Notes under the pieces: model-generated
Told to the model about the DNA's origin: nothing
What the model saw: the letters and a program-made list of their open reading frames with translations, nothing else
The model's database searches: none
Position numbers and translations under genes: made by a program
Assembly (NCBI GenBank): GCA_030704615.1
Contig: CM060732.1
Span: 15,624,001 to 15,688,000, forward strand
Origin: Takakia lepidozioides
Lineage: Eukaryota; Plantae; Bryophyta
Direction: 5' to 3'
DNA: 64,000 bases
Shown here: positions 1-10,300 of the stretch, in pieces
How the letters are laid out: every line of letters begins with the position of its first letter
How positions within the stretch are numbered: the first letter of the stretch is position 1

Positions 1-79
1 ACATTGGTTGTGACAGCTCTAATCAATAGAGAACTCGCACCATCAGTTGCGCTCCAGCAGTAGTACCGGTCCCCCGAGT

Positions 80-630
80 AAATAAAGTTTCGTTGTAAAT
101 AATAAATTGCATACGCTCGAACCTCATAGATGTCATTTCAACAAAACCGGCCGTATATTGTGGCACTGTTTGTAACTTCGAATGTTTCAATGTTTCTGAC
201 AGGGTACTGAGAAAATGATATATTGGTTCCGTAGGAGTTAGACAACAAACGTTCCATATCTCATTCAAATGTCGACACTACCATGAGTGACATGGATCAA
301 AAAATAATAGGTGTACATGCGACCTCCGGACGTTCAAGTAGACCATTCGCTGGACCTAGTATCAAACGTTCGGACTTCGGAGGTCGCATGTGCACCTATT
401 ACTTTCCGATCCATGCCTCTCATGGTAGTGTCGCACAGTTGAATGAGATGTGAGACGTTTGTTGTCTAACTCCCACGGAACTAATACATCGTTTTCTCAT
501 AACCCTATCCGAAACCTTGGAACATTACACATATAAACAATGAGCCAGTACACAAACCATTTATGTTACGATGACAGGTGCCAGGGTCGAGCATATGCAA
601 TGTAGTATTTACAATGGAACTTTATTTATT
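80..630. repeat. Long imperfect fold-back inverted repeat (MITE/foldback-like)
   Basis: Left arm ~80-330 is the reverse complement of right arm ~375-630, e.g. AATAGGTGTACATGCGACCTCCG / CGGAGGTCGCATGTGCACCTATT and GTTAGACAACAAACGT / ACGTTTGTTGTCTAAC. ORFs 23..268(-) and 571..789(+) share a peptide (MQFIIYNETLF / MQCSIYNGTLF) for this reason. Confidence 0.85.
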
Positions 631-711
631 ATATGCACGATCAAAATTGAATTATGTCTTCATAAAAGAACCATTGTACCGCCACAAATCTCATATCTAC
701 GAGACTATGGT

Positions 712-1897
712 CTACTCCGTCCTATATATGTCTTTCGGCTCAGGCCAATTGAATGGCTTGCCCATGAACCGAAGTACTACATGGGCTAATGTGACTATCT
801 TATTCTTGTTGTTGTCGTACAACCTTTGTAGCATTGAATGCCAACAAGCTCCCGTAAATTGGTCCTCGAACATACTTTCATCATAATGAGCGCCGCCATT
901 TATTCGTACCGTTATCTTCCCAACGGCAAAGGCCTCCGACGTCATGTCCTGGGGGGGGTGGCATTCGCATTGAAAACCGATGAAATATCTTTTTCCACCC
1001 ACCATCTTTTTGCGAGTTCCCGGTCCAGCTTGTCTTGGTTTTCAAACTGGTACGGCGAGGCTTTGCGTATGCCCAATGGGGTGGCTAAGCCCCAATCACA
1101 CACCCCAATCTTGACCTCCTCGGTGTCATCTGGAAAATGCAACAAGATGTTGTCGGGGGACAAGTCGTTGTGCAGGACAACGTTCTTGTGGACAACATCC
1201 ATGATGCACATCAGTGCCCATGCAAGTTTACTGCGCACTTTCCGGAAACGAAGCAAGCGATCGCATTCCTAGAACTCTGCTTCCGTTCCCCTTTGTTCCA
1301 AAATCACCTTGTTGTCCGAATCGTTGCCCCATTTTCTGTCAAGGTTCATCATGTTGCGTATTGTCCCCCCATTCCACCAGCGAGTGTAACCCTCTACCTC
1401 ACGTGCATTCACAGCAAAAATAACACCCGGATGCTGGAACTTCACTACCAAACACTTGTCGTTATGTTGTTTCAATGCCTTTTCTGGATTTTTGGACTTG
1501 GGTTTTTTCCCGCAAGCTCCCAACGCTCCGGTATTCTAGAATCGTCAATAATCCTACACTGACGGACCTTAGCATACCCTCCTTCTTTGTAAGGGCCAAT
1601 CTCTACCACCTTCGCAGTAGAGTTCAGGTAATAAAGACCAGTTGTGTCTCCCCCGCCCGATGACCCCGCCTTCCAAGGGACAACCCTAGTCCGGCGATGT
1701 GAATTATGACTTGCCAAGCAAGCCCAATACTCAACACGTCGCATTAACTCAGCTTCGACGGAGGGCACTCGACCCTCGGTTGCTCTACCCTTCCATGTCT
1801 TCATTAGCTGCCTCAAATTCCACGTGGCGTCTTTCGCCCTACTTTGGATCCACCGATTGAACTTCGGCTTGTCCGCCGTCCGCCGTCCGCCGTCCAC
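712..1897 (-). pseudogene. Fragmented Ser/Thr protein kinase-like gene
   Basis: Successive minus-strand ORF pieces carry kinase motifs in order: Gly-loop EGGYAKV, QHPGVI, catalytic loop LHNDLSPDNILL, and DWGLA (DFG equivalent). Broken by a frameshift and a stop. Confidence 0.75.
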
Positions 1898-1971
1898 TTA
1901 GCCCCCGCCAAAGCGTTTGTCATTTTTCTCTCCATATTTTGCTAGAAAATCTGAAACCCCTCCTAATCAAA

Positions 1972-2462
1972 TCGAGCGACCGCCTCCAAATGGCAGTCGT
2001 TGTATTCTTTATTAACAAAAATAGCGACGGCCGCCAAATGGCGGTCACTGCATTTTTCAAAAAATTACTGAAGAAGCGACCACCACACGGCGGTCGCTTT
2101 ATTTAAGAATAAAAATAAAAATAAGCGACCGCTGCTGCTAAATGGCAATATATATAGCGATCGCCACATGGCGGTCGCTGTATTTTTACAGAATATATCA
2201 AAGATAATATAATATAATATAATATAATATAATACGAACAATCACCAATCTGGGCGGTCGCTTCATTTAAAACATAATAAACTTCAACCGACCGCCAATA
2301 TAAGCGGTCGTTTATTTTAAAATATAATAAAATACAAGCAACCGCAAATATGGGCGGTCGCTTAATTTAACAAAATATTAAATTACAAGCGACCGCCAAT
2401 ATGGGCGGTTGCTTTTATTTTTAAAATAATAAATTATATGCGACCACCAATATAGGCGGACA
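1972..2462. repeat. Array of ~10 short hairpins AGCGACCGCC-N(4-8)-GGCGGTCGCT in AT-rich spacers
   Basis: Motif repeats at ~1975, 2022, 2075, 2123, 2157, 2235, 2287, 2336, 2388 and 2440 with ~35-80 bp spacing. Resembles a subterminal array of a DNA transposon. Confidence 0.8.
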
Positions 2463-3699
2463 CATTTTTTTTTAATTAATAAATATTAATAATTGGCCAC
2501 GTCTGTTTTACACCATGGCTGCCATGTCATTACAAAGAGTAGAAATAAATCGTAAAAGTCAAATGTAAAATAAATTACATGGGTAAACGTCCGGATTCGA
2601 CGTGACGTGACGCACGTCGGACGTGACGGCGCCACGTCACATCAGGAATGATAACTAGGATGATGACTGCGGAAAAAGATATTAACAACCAACTTCCGAT
2701 CAAAACGAAACATACGTTAAACGATGGGCAAAATATAGAGAAAGGGGTTCAACTCCCCTTCACTTCTTGGGCATAGATAGAGGTAGCTGCATCAAACAAA
2801 GAAATAGGGAGACGTGACATGGTAGCTTTGGCAACACTCCTCCATTCTTCTTGCGCAAAACAATGAAACACAGGAGTGTGTATATAACATCATGTGGATG
2901 ACCCCGCCATTTTTGTGAAAATTGATGCTAGTTCTCAGAATTCGTCGCTAATAGTGCGGAGCAACGCGAAGCCCTAGTAAGTAGTTAATATACAACTATT
3001 GCTTCAAGAATTGAACATGGGTGTAGTGGGTAGGGAAGTTATTCAGAGGCCATAGGGTGGGGGTTCAAACTCCCCTGCCTGTATCTCTTTCTATAGGTAA
3101 TTCTATTTTTCTATGCACCTTGGAGTTCATCAGTGCTCAATAGGGCGCGGCGGATCAAATCCCGCGTCCAATTGTTCTATCTAGATAGTCTTACTTGCTG
3201 TTGGGTTGCTTCTGTTTTTAGAATGGTTTACTTAGTTATCCACTCTCCACTCACATAAATTAATTACGATTAATAAATATATCTCTGTCTCTTATACTAA
3301 AAAGTAACACAAATATTTATAAAGAAAATAAATATCAAATTGGTTAGCTATTATAAAAATTTGTTATTTGCCTAATAAATAAAATTCGCACTAGGACATC
3401 TCTCTTGAAATATATATATATATATAAAGAAATAATAAGTTTTTTTTATACGGAGGCTAATTCCTATACTCACCCATGTGGAATAATAATACAATGAATC
3501 ATTTATTCCATCCTTTGATATTTTGACTATGGACCCTAAGATTAGATGATCACAATTTTTATTTTTATTTTGGGTACCCTTATTTAAGTGTTGTGCATAT
3601 AAAATTGTTCCTATGCATATCTAAAATTTGTATGCACGCATACATTCCTCCATATGCATGCATTTGTGTGCGCATATAGTATAGGCTACCTCGATTTTT

Positions 3700-3795
3700 G
3701 GGTTGGTAAGAGTAATGGTTTAGGGTAGTAAGGGTCAGGCTTAAGCTTAGGGTAAGGATTAAGGCTAGGGTAAAGGGAAGGGTAAGGGTTTAGGG
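3700..3795 (+). repeat. Degenerate telomere-like (TTTAGGG/TAAGGG) repeat block
   Basis: GGTTTAGGGTAGTAAGGG...TAGGGTAAAGGGAAGGGTAAGGGTTTAGGG. The same repeat family occurs in reverse orientation at 25290-25914. Confidence 0.75.
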
Positions 3796-3880
3796 GGGGG
3801 CTGCTATTTCATGAGCCATGAGCCATGAGCGGCATGAGCCATGAGCAGAGTCGTAAGTGTGGAAAAAAACATGAGCAGCA
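3793..3880 (+). repeat. Left terminus of element A: short TIR plus ATGAGC(C) subterminal repeats
   Basis: G8-CTGCTATTTC-ATGAGCC-ATGAGCC-ATGAGCGGC-ATGAGCC-ATGAGC, mirrored at 18875-18974. Confidence 0.75.
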
Positions 3881-4258
3881 CTATTTTCCGGAAATGAGTG
3901 TCCGCGGGAATAGGGTTTAGGGTGCCACGGTCATAGGGGGAGAAGGACCTCCCGATGAAGGAGGTTCGGCAATGTTATTTAGAATTATATATTGAAAGGC
4001 AATGTTTCGCGAATGGAAGGGTGGTATTGCTCTGTACAATGGGGGCCCATTTCAGCCTACCAGCCACTTGCAAAATCCACCCACACTCCCAATCCCAAAC
4101 GAAATGAGCAATGACACATTCTCGGAACGATGGACACAGAATAGAATAAAAAGAGGGCACAATGAGGTTTTTATTGATCCACATGAATTGCATTTGAAGC
4201 ACGTCTACTGTGCTGATTGTGCAATCAAATCTTTAGCCCTGTGCCTACTGAATACAAG

Positions 4259-5029
4259 TCACGTTGTCAATGGGACTTCGACTGCTCTCAGAACTAGCTC
4301 ATGAGTCATGGGGCTCCTCCAGGTAAAGTCGATTGCAGCCGTTGTACCGCCCCTAGTGATGTTCACCACAATGTCCTGCCCTTCAATCATACCACCATCG
4401 AATATGGAAATCTTCACGTTTTCATCGTCCACACCAATGCGAATGTCCCCATACAATGGAGAAGAGGAGCGCACTCCTTCAGGACAATAGGTCTCTCCGA
4501 TGGAGTCCACCCACGTCCAGTGGCAGCAGTTCCACCGCAACAGCATAGCAGTGCGCCTTCTTCTGCATGGGTGACCGTCGTAGCTGGGAAAATCGGAATC
4601 GAGGATGCGCAGGAGCCACGGACTCCTCAGACCAAGATTGTCACCCAGCTCGAAGGCGTAGTGGCCTAGGATATACTCAAAAGCCACCAATGTTTCCACA
4701 ATCGAACCAGTATCTTCTCTGTAATCTGTGTACCAGATAACAATGTCTCCCGATGTGGCCGAATACATTGCATAATCGATGCCTCCAAATGGGCAGTCGT
4801 CCCGGTTCCGGAAGCACGGCATCCTTGCAAAGGAGGACCTGAGGACGACTTGGATGCCGATGACCTTGCGGACAGCTACGAAGCCCTTAGATTTTGGAAA
4901 TGATGCGAAGCGGAAGAGCAGTCCGGCCTCCAATAATGGAGCATCTGGGTCCCATGTACCCACCGACGGAGGAGGAACGTGTTCATCACGCCAGCGGTGG
5001 ATGAACCCATACATCTTTCTCATCAACAA
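4259..5029 (-). CDS. Hypothetical 256-aa cargo protein (paralog 1)
   Basis: Intact ORF. Aligns by eye to the divergent plus-strand ORF pieces at 5249-5950 (DCP..G.DYAM....SGDI..W, PW.L.I.D.D.PS, NCC.WT, YGDIR, DGG.I.G.DIVV, ELVLR..EVP). No recognised domain. Confidence 0.6.
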   Translation of the reverse strand: MLMRKMYGFIHRWRDEHVPPPSVGTWDPDAPLLEAGLLFRFASFPKSKGFVAVRKVIGIQVVLRSSFARMPCFRNRDDCPFGGIDYAMYSATSGDIVIWYTDYREDTGSIVETLVAFEYILGHYAFELGDNLGLRSPWLLRILDSDFPSYDGHPCRRRRTAMLLRWNCCHWTWVDSIGETYCPEGVRSSSPLYGDIRIGVDDENVKISIFDGGMIEGQDIVVNITRGGTTAAIDFTWRSPMTHELVLRAVEVPLTT

Positions 5030-5051
5030 GTTATAGTTTGAGATCTGCCAC

Positions 5052-5113
5052 CGAAGTCCATCCCCCGGATGGAAATTCGGTGCCGCATTTACATCGAAGA
5101 GGGGATGGACTTC
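5052..5113. repeat. Hairpin at the symmetry axis between the two cargo paralogs
   Basis: CGAAGTCCATCCCC ... GGGGATGGACTTCG, a perfect 14-bp stem enclosing a variant element palindrome GGAAATTCGGTGCCGCATTT. Confidence 0.85.
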
Positions 5114-5248
5114 GTCGTGTCCAGTGGCTATCGGCCCACCTGGCAGTGAGTGCCCATAGTTTGCATGGCAGGGTAGGAAACTGAAACGGCTACATTCATG
5201 CAGCAGCCAATCTTCATCGGTCTAGGATCCTGTAGGGGGGAAATTTAA

Positions 5249-5950
5249 ATGTGCCCTGGAGTGTTTGTGAGGAATTGCAGCGTTAGCTTGAACTTTTTCC
5301 AGCCACCGCGCTGCTCCTCCTCCATCCGGGAGCTGCTGTCATTGAGCGTACTCCGCTACTCTTTTTCAAGGATGTCGTGCCGCCGAAATCCAGCCGACTG
5401 CCCTTATCATGGCCACGATTATGCTATGTTCAAACCAGAATCAGGAGACATCATTGTCTGGCTCTCTGTTTTCACAGACGCTGCTGGAATCAAGCAAGAG
5501 TCTTTGCGCGCAATGGAGTATCTGCAGGGCTATTACCGCTTTGAGCGAGGTGAGGGCGAGGGTCAATGCGGTCCGTGGGTCCTGAAAATTGTTGACCTCG
5601 ATATACCAAGCTTGAAAGGGATGCCGGACAGATCACGCACGGCCTCGCTTTGGCGCTAGAACTGCTGCCAGTGGACCAGGGAGGACGGCACCGGGGAAAA
5701 CTATATATGTGGAGATCACTCCGCTCTTCCAGTGTATGGAGACATTCGGCTGAGTTGCGAAGACGAATCGCACGGGCACATGAGGCCCACAGTGACCTTG
5801 TCAATGTATGATGGTGGTATCATTGATGGACATGACATTGTCGTCGGCTCCAGCAAGGGCAGCAGAACGACTGAATTGCAGTTTACCTCGAGGTGCCGCA
5901 GCAGTGATGAGCTAGTTTTGAGGGGTATCGAAGTTCCGTCGACTTGGTGA
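5249..5950 (+). pseudogene. Hypothetical cargo protein (paralog 2), interrupted by an in-frame stop at ~5657
   Basis: ORFs 5249..5659 and 5732..5950 are in one frame. A TAG replaces the W of paralog 1 (RWNCC vs R*NCC). Confidence 0.65.
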
Positions 5951-6194
5951 AGTCCATGTAGAAGGAGGAAGGGCTTAGTTTTGTCTGCAGTTGGTAAATG
6001 TGAGACATCGTGTCCGATCAATAAACCCATCGTACCTCACTTCTGTATGATTGTGTTTTATTCTGTTGAATAACTGTCGGAATTGGCCCACTGTTTACAA
6101 TTTGATGTCTCATTTCTACAATTTGTCTGTCCGAATGAATATACCAGAGTAACCGGTATGAGAGTCATGTGTCAAGAATATACCAAAGTAACGC

Positions 6195-7025
6195 CATGTC
6201 GGACATCGAAATGCGGTGCCGCATTTCCATGTCGGACATTGGAATGCGGCACCGCATTTCCATGTCGGACAAGGAAATGCGGTGCCGTATTTCCATGCCG
6301 ACATGGAAATGTATGAACTGCATTTCAGTGTCGGACAATGAAATGCGGTGCATCATTTCCGTCCAGGTACACGAAATACCAACACGGGTCTATAAATTGG
6401 ACAGACAACGAGGTTGGCATTGCAAATGCGGCAACGCATTTCCAGCTTGGCAATGGAAACTTCTTTTTGGACAAGGGAATGCGGTGCCGCATTTCCGTCC
6501 AACACTTCGAAAAGTGCACCTATTTCCGACCAGCTCGATGGAATGCGTTACCGCATTTCCGTGACAGGGTCTGCAAATGGACAAATTGCGATGTCCTTTC
6601 TGGAAATGCGGCGCCGCATTTCCATGTCCATCATCGACTTTTTTTTAACAACGGAATGCGGTGCCAATTTTTGCTCACAAGGGCCTGCAGTTCGAACAAC
6701 GACCATCCCCAATATGGAAATGCGGCACCGCATTTCCAATTCCGCCATCTCGACCTCCTTGTTCGACCTCCTTGTTCGACCTCCTTGTTCGACCTCTGTA
6801 AGCGTGGTGGCATCCATGCAATGAGCGGGAGAGGCCAAAACTGGCGTGTGGACAAAGGAAATTTTGGAAATGCGGCACCGCATTTCCAATCGGCCGATTA
6901 CTTTTTACTATGCCAACATTGAAATGGAAAATTTAGTCCCTCCCCTGTTTTGGAAATGCGGTGCCGCATTTCCAAAAGAGGTTTTTAGAGTTGCCAAAAT
7001 TTTGGAAATGCGGTGCCCCATTTCT
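6195..7025. repeat. Palindrome array 1 of element A: GGAAATGCGGYRCCGCATTTCC
   Basis: About 15-18 copies of the 22-bp palindrome. Starts as ~32-bp tandem units (CCATGTCGGACA...), then irregularly spaced. Includes a CGACCTCCTTGTT x3 minirepeat at ~6751-6795. Confidence 0.9.
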
Positions 7026-7307
7026 GATTTTGGGAGCGTCGTGGTTTGGGCGATTGTGTGGCTAGAATGCACACTGGAGAGGGGTCACGAATGTCGGGGA
7101 GATTTTCCTTTATATACTCTGGAAGAGAATTTACATTTACAGAGACTTCATTAAAATTCTATTAATCTTGAAAATCATCCGAATCCTCATCCTGTTCTAG
7201 ACTGTCCTGCTCCGCCTCCACCCCCTCAGTGCCTTTCTCATCTCCAGCAGACTGCTCGTTGGCCAGGCTTTCAAAAATCTCATCTTCCCCTTGCGGAACT
7301 GTCCATC

Positions 7308-10300
7308 TCACCTCCGTTGGGTCGTCTTCCTCCCTGTCTGCGTCGCTCTCATCCCTGAATCACATATGTACTTTCGTACCTGTCTACCTGTCTGAGCTGC
7401 TGCCAACTCTTTCTTTATCCTTCTGTCCTCCCTAGCCCTCTCCAAAATCTGCTCTACTTTACTGGGATTCTCACTTCTTCTAATCGCTGTATTTGCGAGT
7501 TTAGCTGCATAACTAGGAAGGGAGTAGTCCCTCACCGGGCTCGTCATGAAGTCGGCCCTCGCAAAGAACGGGACATTCTTCCTGGCAGGAAGTGTAGGCC
7601 CTACATGTTTCGACCCGGACCCTGCAATCCTGCACATGACAATCATCAACGAGACTAATGAGAACCACAGTCCGGAAATTCGTTTGACAAAAATGACCCA
7701 GAAGGCTTTGCAAACTTACAATGTTTGCACTCACTCGTATTCCGGGTTCTCCTCCGCATCAATGTCCACTGTGTCTTCCTCGGACTCCGACGAACCCGAG
7801 GAGACTTCCGCTCTGTCGGGAGCCTTAACATTCCATTGCAGCCCTTCCAGATGGGATCCCCACACGGATGAATCCTCCTCGTAGGCAAAGAGGTGCCGGT
7901 CGGAAAACCGCCCAGCCCACATTGAGGCACCTGTTACAATGCCATCCACACATTACCACATGGCGCTTCAGATGTTGCGAACTACATCCTAACGAGAATT
8001 TGCAGAACAGCATAGATCAAGATTCTGCATACCTGTCCCACAGATGAGGTCGAGCACTGTGCCCTCCACGTCTGTGCATGTCTCCATAATTGTCTGAATG
8101 AAGGCAGGGCTCCGAGTCCGTGAGTACCGCAGGGGTTCCGTTGAAGTGAGGCTATGAGGGAGAAGTTCCTTGGGAACGTTGTTGAACTGAACGTCGTAAT
8201 CGAGGGGGTCGCAGTTCGGGTCAACCTTTCCTCCCTCCTTTCGGAAAGCAAAGGTGGAGTTCTCCTTCACAAAGCAGTATGCATCGAACTGCTTCGTCTG
8301 CATACACAGGGGGAACGATTAGAAACCGAATGCGGCACCGCATTTGAAAACACCCAAGCAAATGAATGGACGAGTGCCAGTGTCGTAATCACCTTCTTCC
8401 CTTCCGACCGAAGGCCCAGTGTGTTGATGCACGTCCACTTCTTTTTCAGAATCGGGACGGCGCTCTTGCGGGTCCACTTCGCAATTCCTGTCTGAGTGTT
8501 TTTCCTCTGCTCGCCAGGACAACCACACAGCCTCTGTCGTCCAACACCATGCGGGCAAGCCCAAATCCTTTCTTCCAAAAGTCCTCCGAGTACCTGTTCC
8601 AAGATGGCAAAGCTTGCAGTCCTTCCACAGGCTCTCCGTCCGGAATATCCAAGATGATCATATCGCAAGACCACTCGGTGGCATTTCCGCCCCTCCTACA
8701 ATCCTTGTCTGCACACACCCTCTCAAAGAACGAGACCATATTCTGAAATGGGGTGTCGGAAGGCTCTTCGGCAGTCGCCTTCTTCAGTGCTCTGCCCTTC
8801 AGACCCTCCGCGGTCTTCATGTATGCCAACTTGGCTGCCCGTCCATCCAAAGCCGCCAAGAAACTCTCATTTACACACTGGACTACTGTTTCGGGAGCCA
8901 CTTTCGGCCTCTTCATTTCCACCGGCTCGAAAGGGTGCCCCCCTGGGGGGTTGAAGAGTGCCTTCTTTGCCGAGCCAGTTCTCGTGCCTCTCGTGACAAC
9001 GGTGGGCACAGGGGAGGCAGCCTGCGTTTGGGGGGGTGGGCTGGTTGCAAAGTCTCCATCGGAGTCCTCTTCCTCACCCTCTTCCTGAACAGGCTGTTTC
9101 TGCTTCTTCGTTTTGGCAGGTGTCACAACAGCTGCTCCTTGCTGGCGAGTCCTCTTCTTCGACCCCTTCTGTTGGGCCTGCACAGCTGCATCCACCGTCT
9201 TTTGTGCCATCTCAGCTGCCTTTCTGGATTCTTCCAGAGCAGCAGATTCCTTTGCCGACTTTGGCCCAGCAGGCACACGTCTTTCCTTTCTCTTCTCTTC
9301 TGCCAAGGCATGCAGATCTTTCTCAGACTCGTCAACAATACCGCCAGACATATCCAGGTACCAGGGGCATCCAACGAGATGCGCGGGATGCCATTGTTTC
9401 TGCATCTCGGGTGTGTAGACACAGCTTGGGCCCGCCACGGTCCAAGCCATGAAGAACGGGGGCTCTTGAGCCAGGGCCCCTGTCTGAAGGAGCACGTATT
9501 TCATATACCTGCAAGGCAGTCAGCATGCGTGAGCATAAGATTGGACGAACCTACTGGCAGAGTGCCACCGAAAACATAAAATGCGAATGCGGTGCCGCAT
9601 TTCCGAGACAAACCTCGTAACCAGGCTTCGCATACAAGGGCAGCTGTGCTTCACCTGTAAACAATTCGCATTGCAGCTTTCCCCGCTCCCTCCTGATGTG
9701 TAAACTCCACGCTCCTTCTTGCTGTCTGTAGCTCTCTGGCGAAGAGGTTGTCCTTGTACGCACATCTGAAACGTGTCACGTAGTCTTCCAATGTCTGTGT
9801 CCATCCCATTTGACGTACAAGCCGAACGAATTTGTGTGCATTACGACTTGCTCCTTCGCATTCGACATTACCTGCGATTCCCAAATGCATTGTCACGTAG
9901 CAGTTCAGGGAATTCATTTCAGAAAAGCAAATCTGGGGAAGTACCTTGAATTACCTGGAACCACCAAGTCATGCGGTTGAGCCACACATCCACTGCAGGG
10001 TCGGAAACTTCGAGTGGAAAAGACCACATTGTCCTTATGCTCTCGGATGCATTCCAGATCGACAGCCACCGTGTCTGCCATTTCCGATCCAATGTCAGGA
10101 GCTGGAAGAGAGTGGCTATTGCTAGGAAGGAACTTCAGTGCATTGAAACCTCACCTTCTCTTTCGCCTCAACACATGCCGTTGAGAGGTGATGCAGTTTC
10201 TCCAATTGCATGGTCGGCTGCATGGCCCGAGAATAGTGTTTTGCAATCTCGGGGATGAAGTCCTTTCCAAGTGCCGGATCTGCAATTGCCACCAGCTTCA

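Noticed and set aside
3018-3082. tRNA or SINE (GGTTCAAACTCC B-box-like; similar at ~2745 and ~24885)
   Set aside because: No cloverleaf could be folded and no clear A-box or tail was found.
2940-3310. Possible Helitron ends (GCAACGCG...CTAGT at ~2960-2978; ATCTCT...TATACTAA at ~3281)
   Set aside because: The hairpin is weak, the ends face away from each other, and no Rep/Hel sequence is present.
3700-3795. True chromosome end or telomere
   Set aside because: Repeats are short, degenerate and interstitial.
8614-9579. 321-aa plus-strand ORF and similar antisense ORFs over the TE genes
   Set aside because: They are shadows of the minus-strand coding exon, with no motifs and no conservation in element B.
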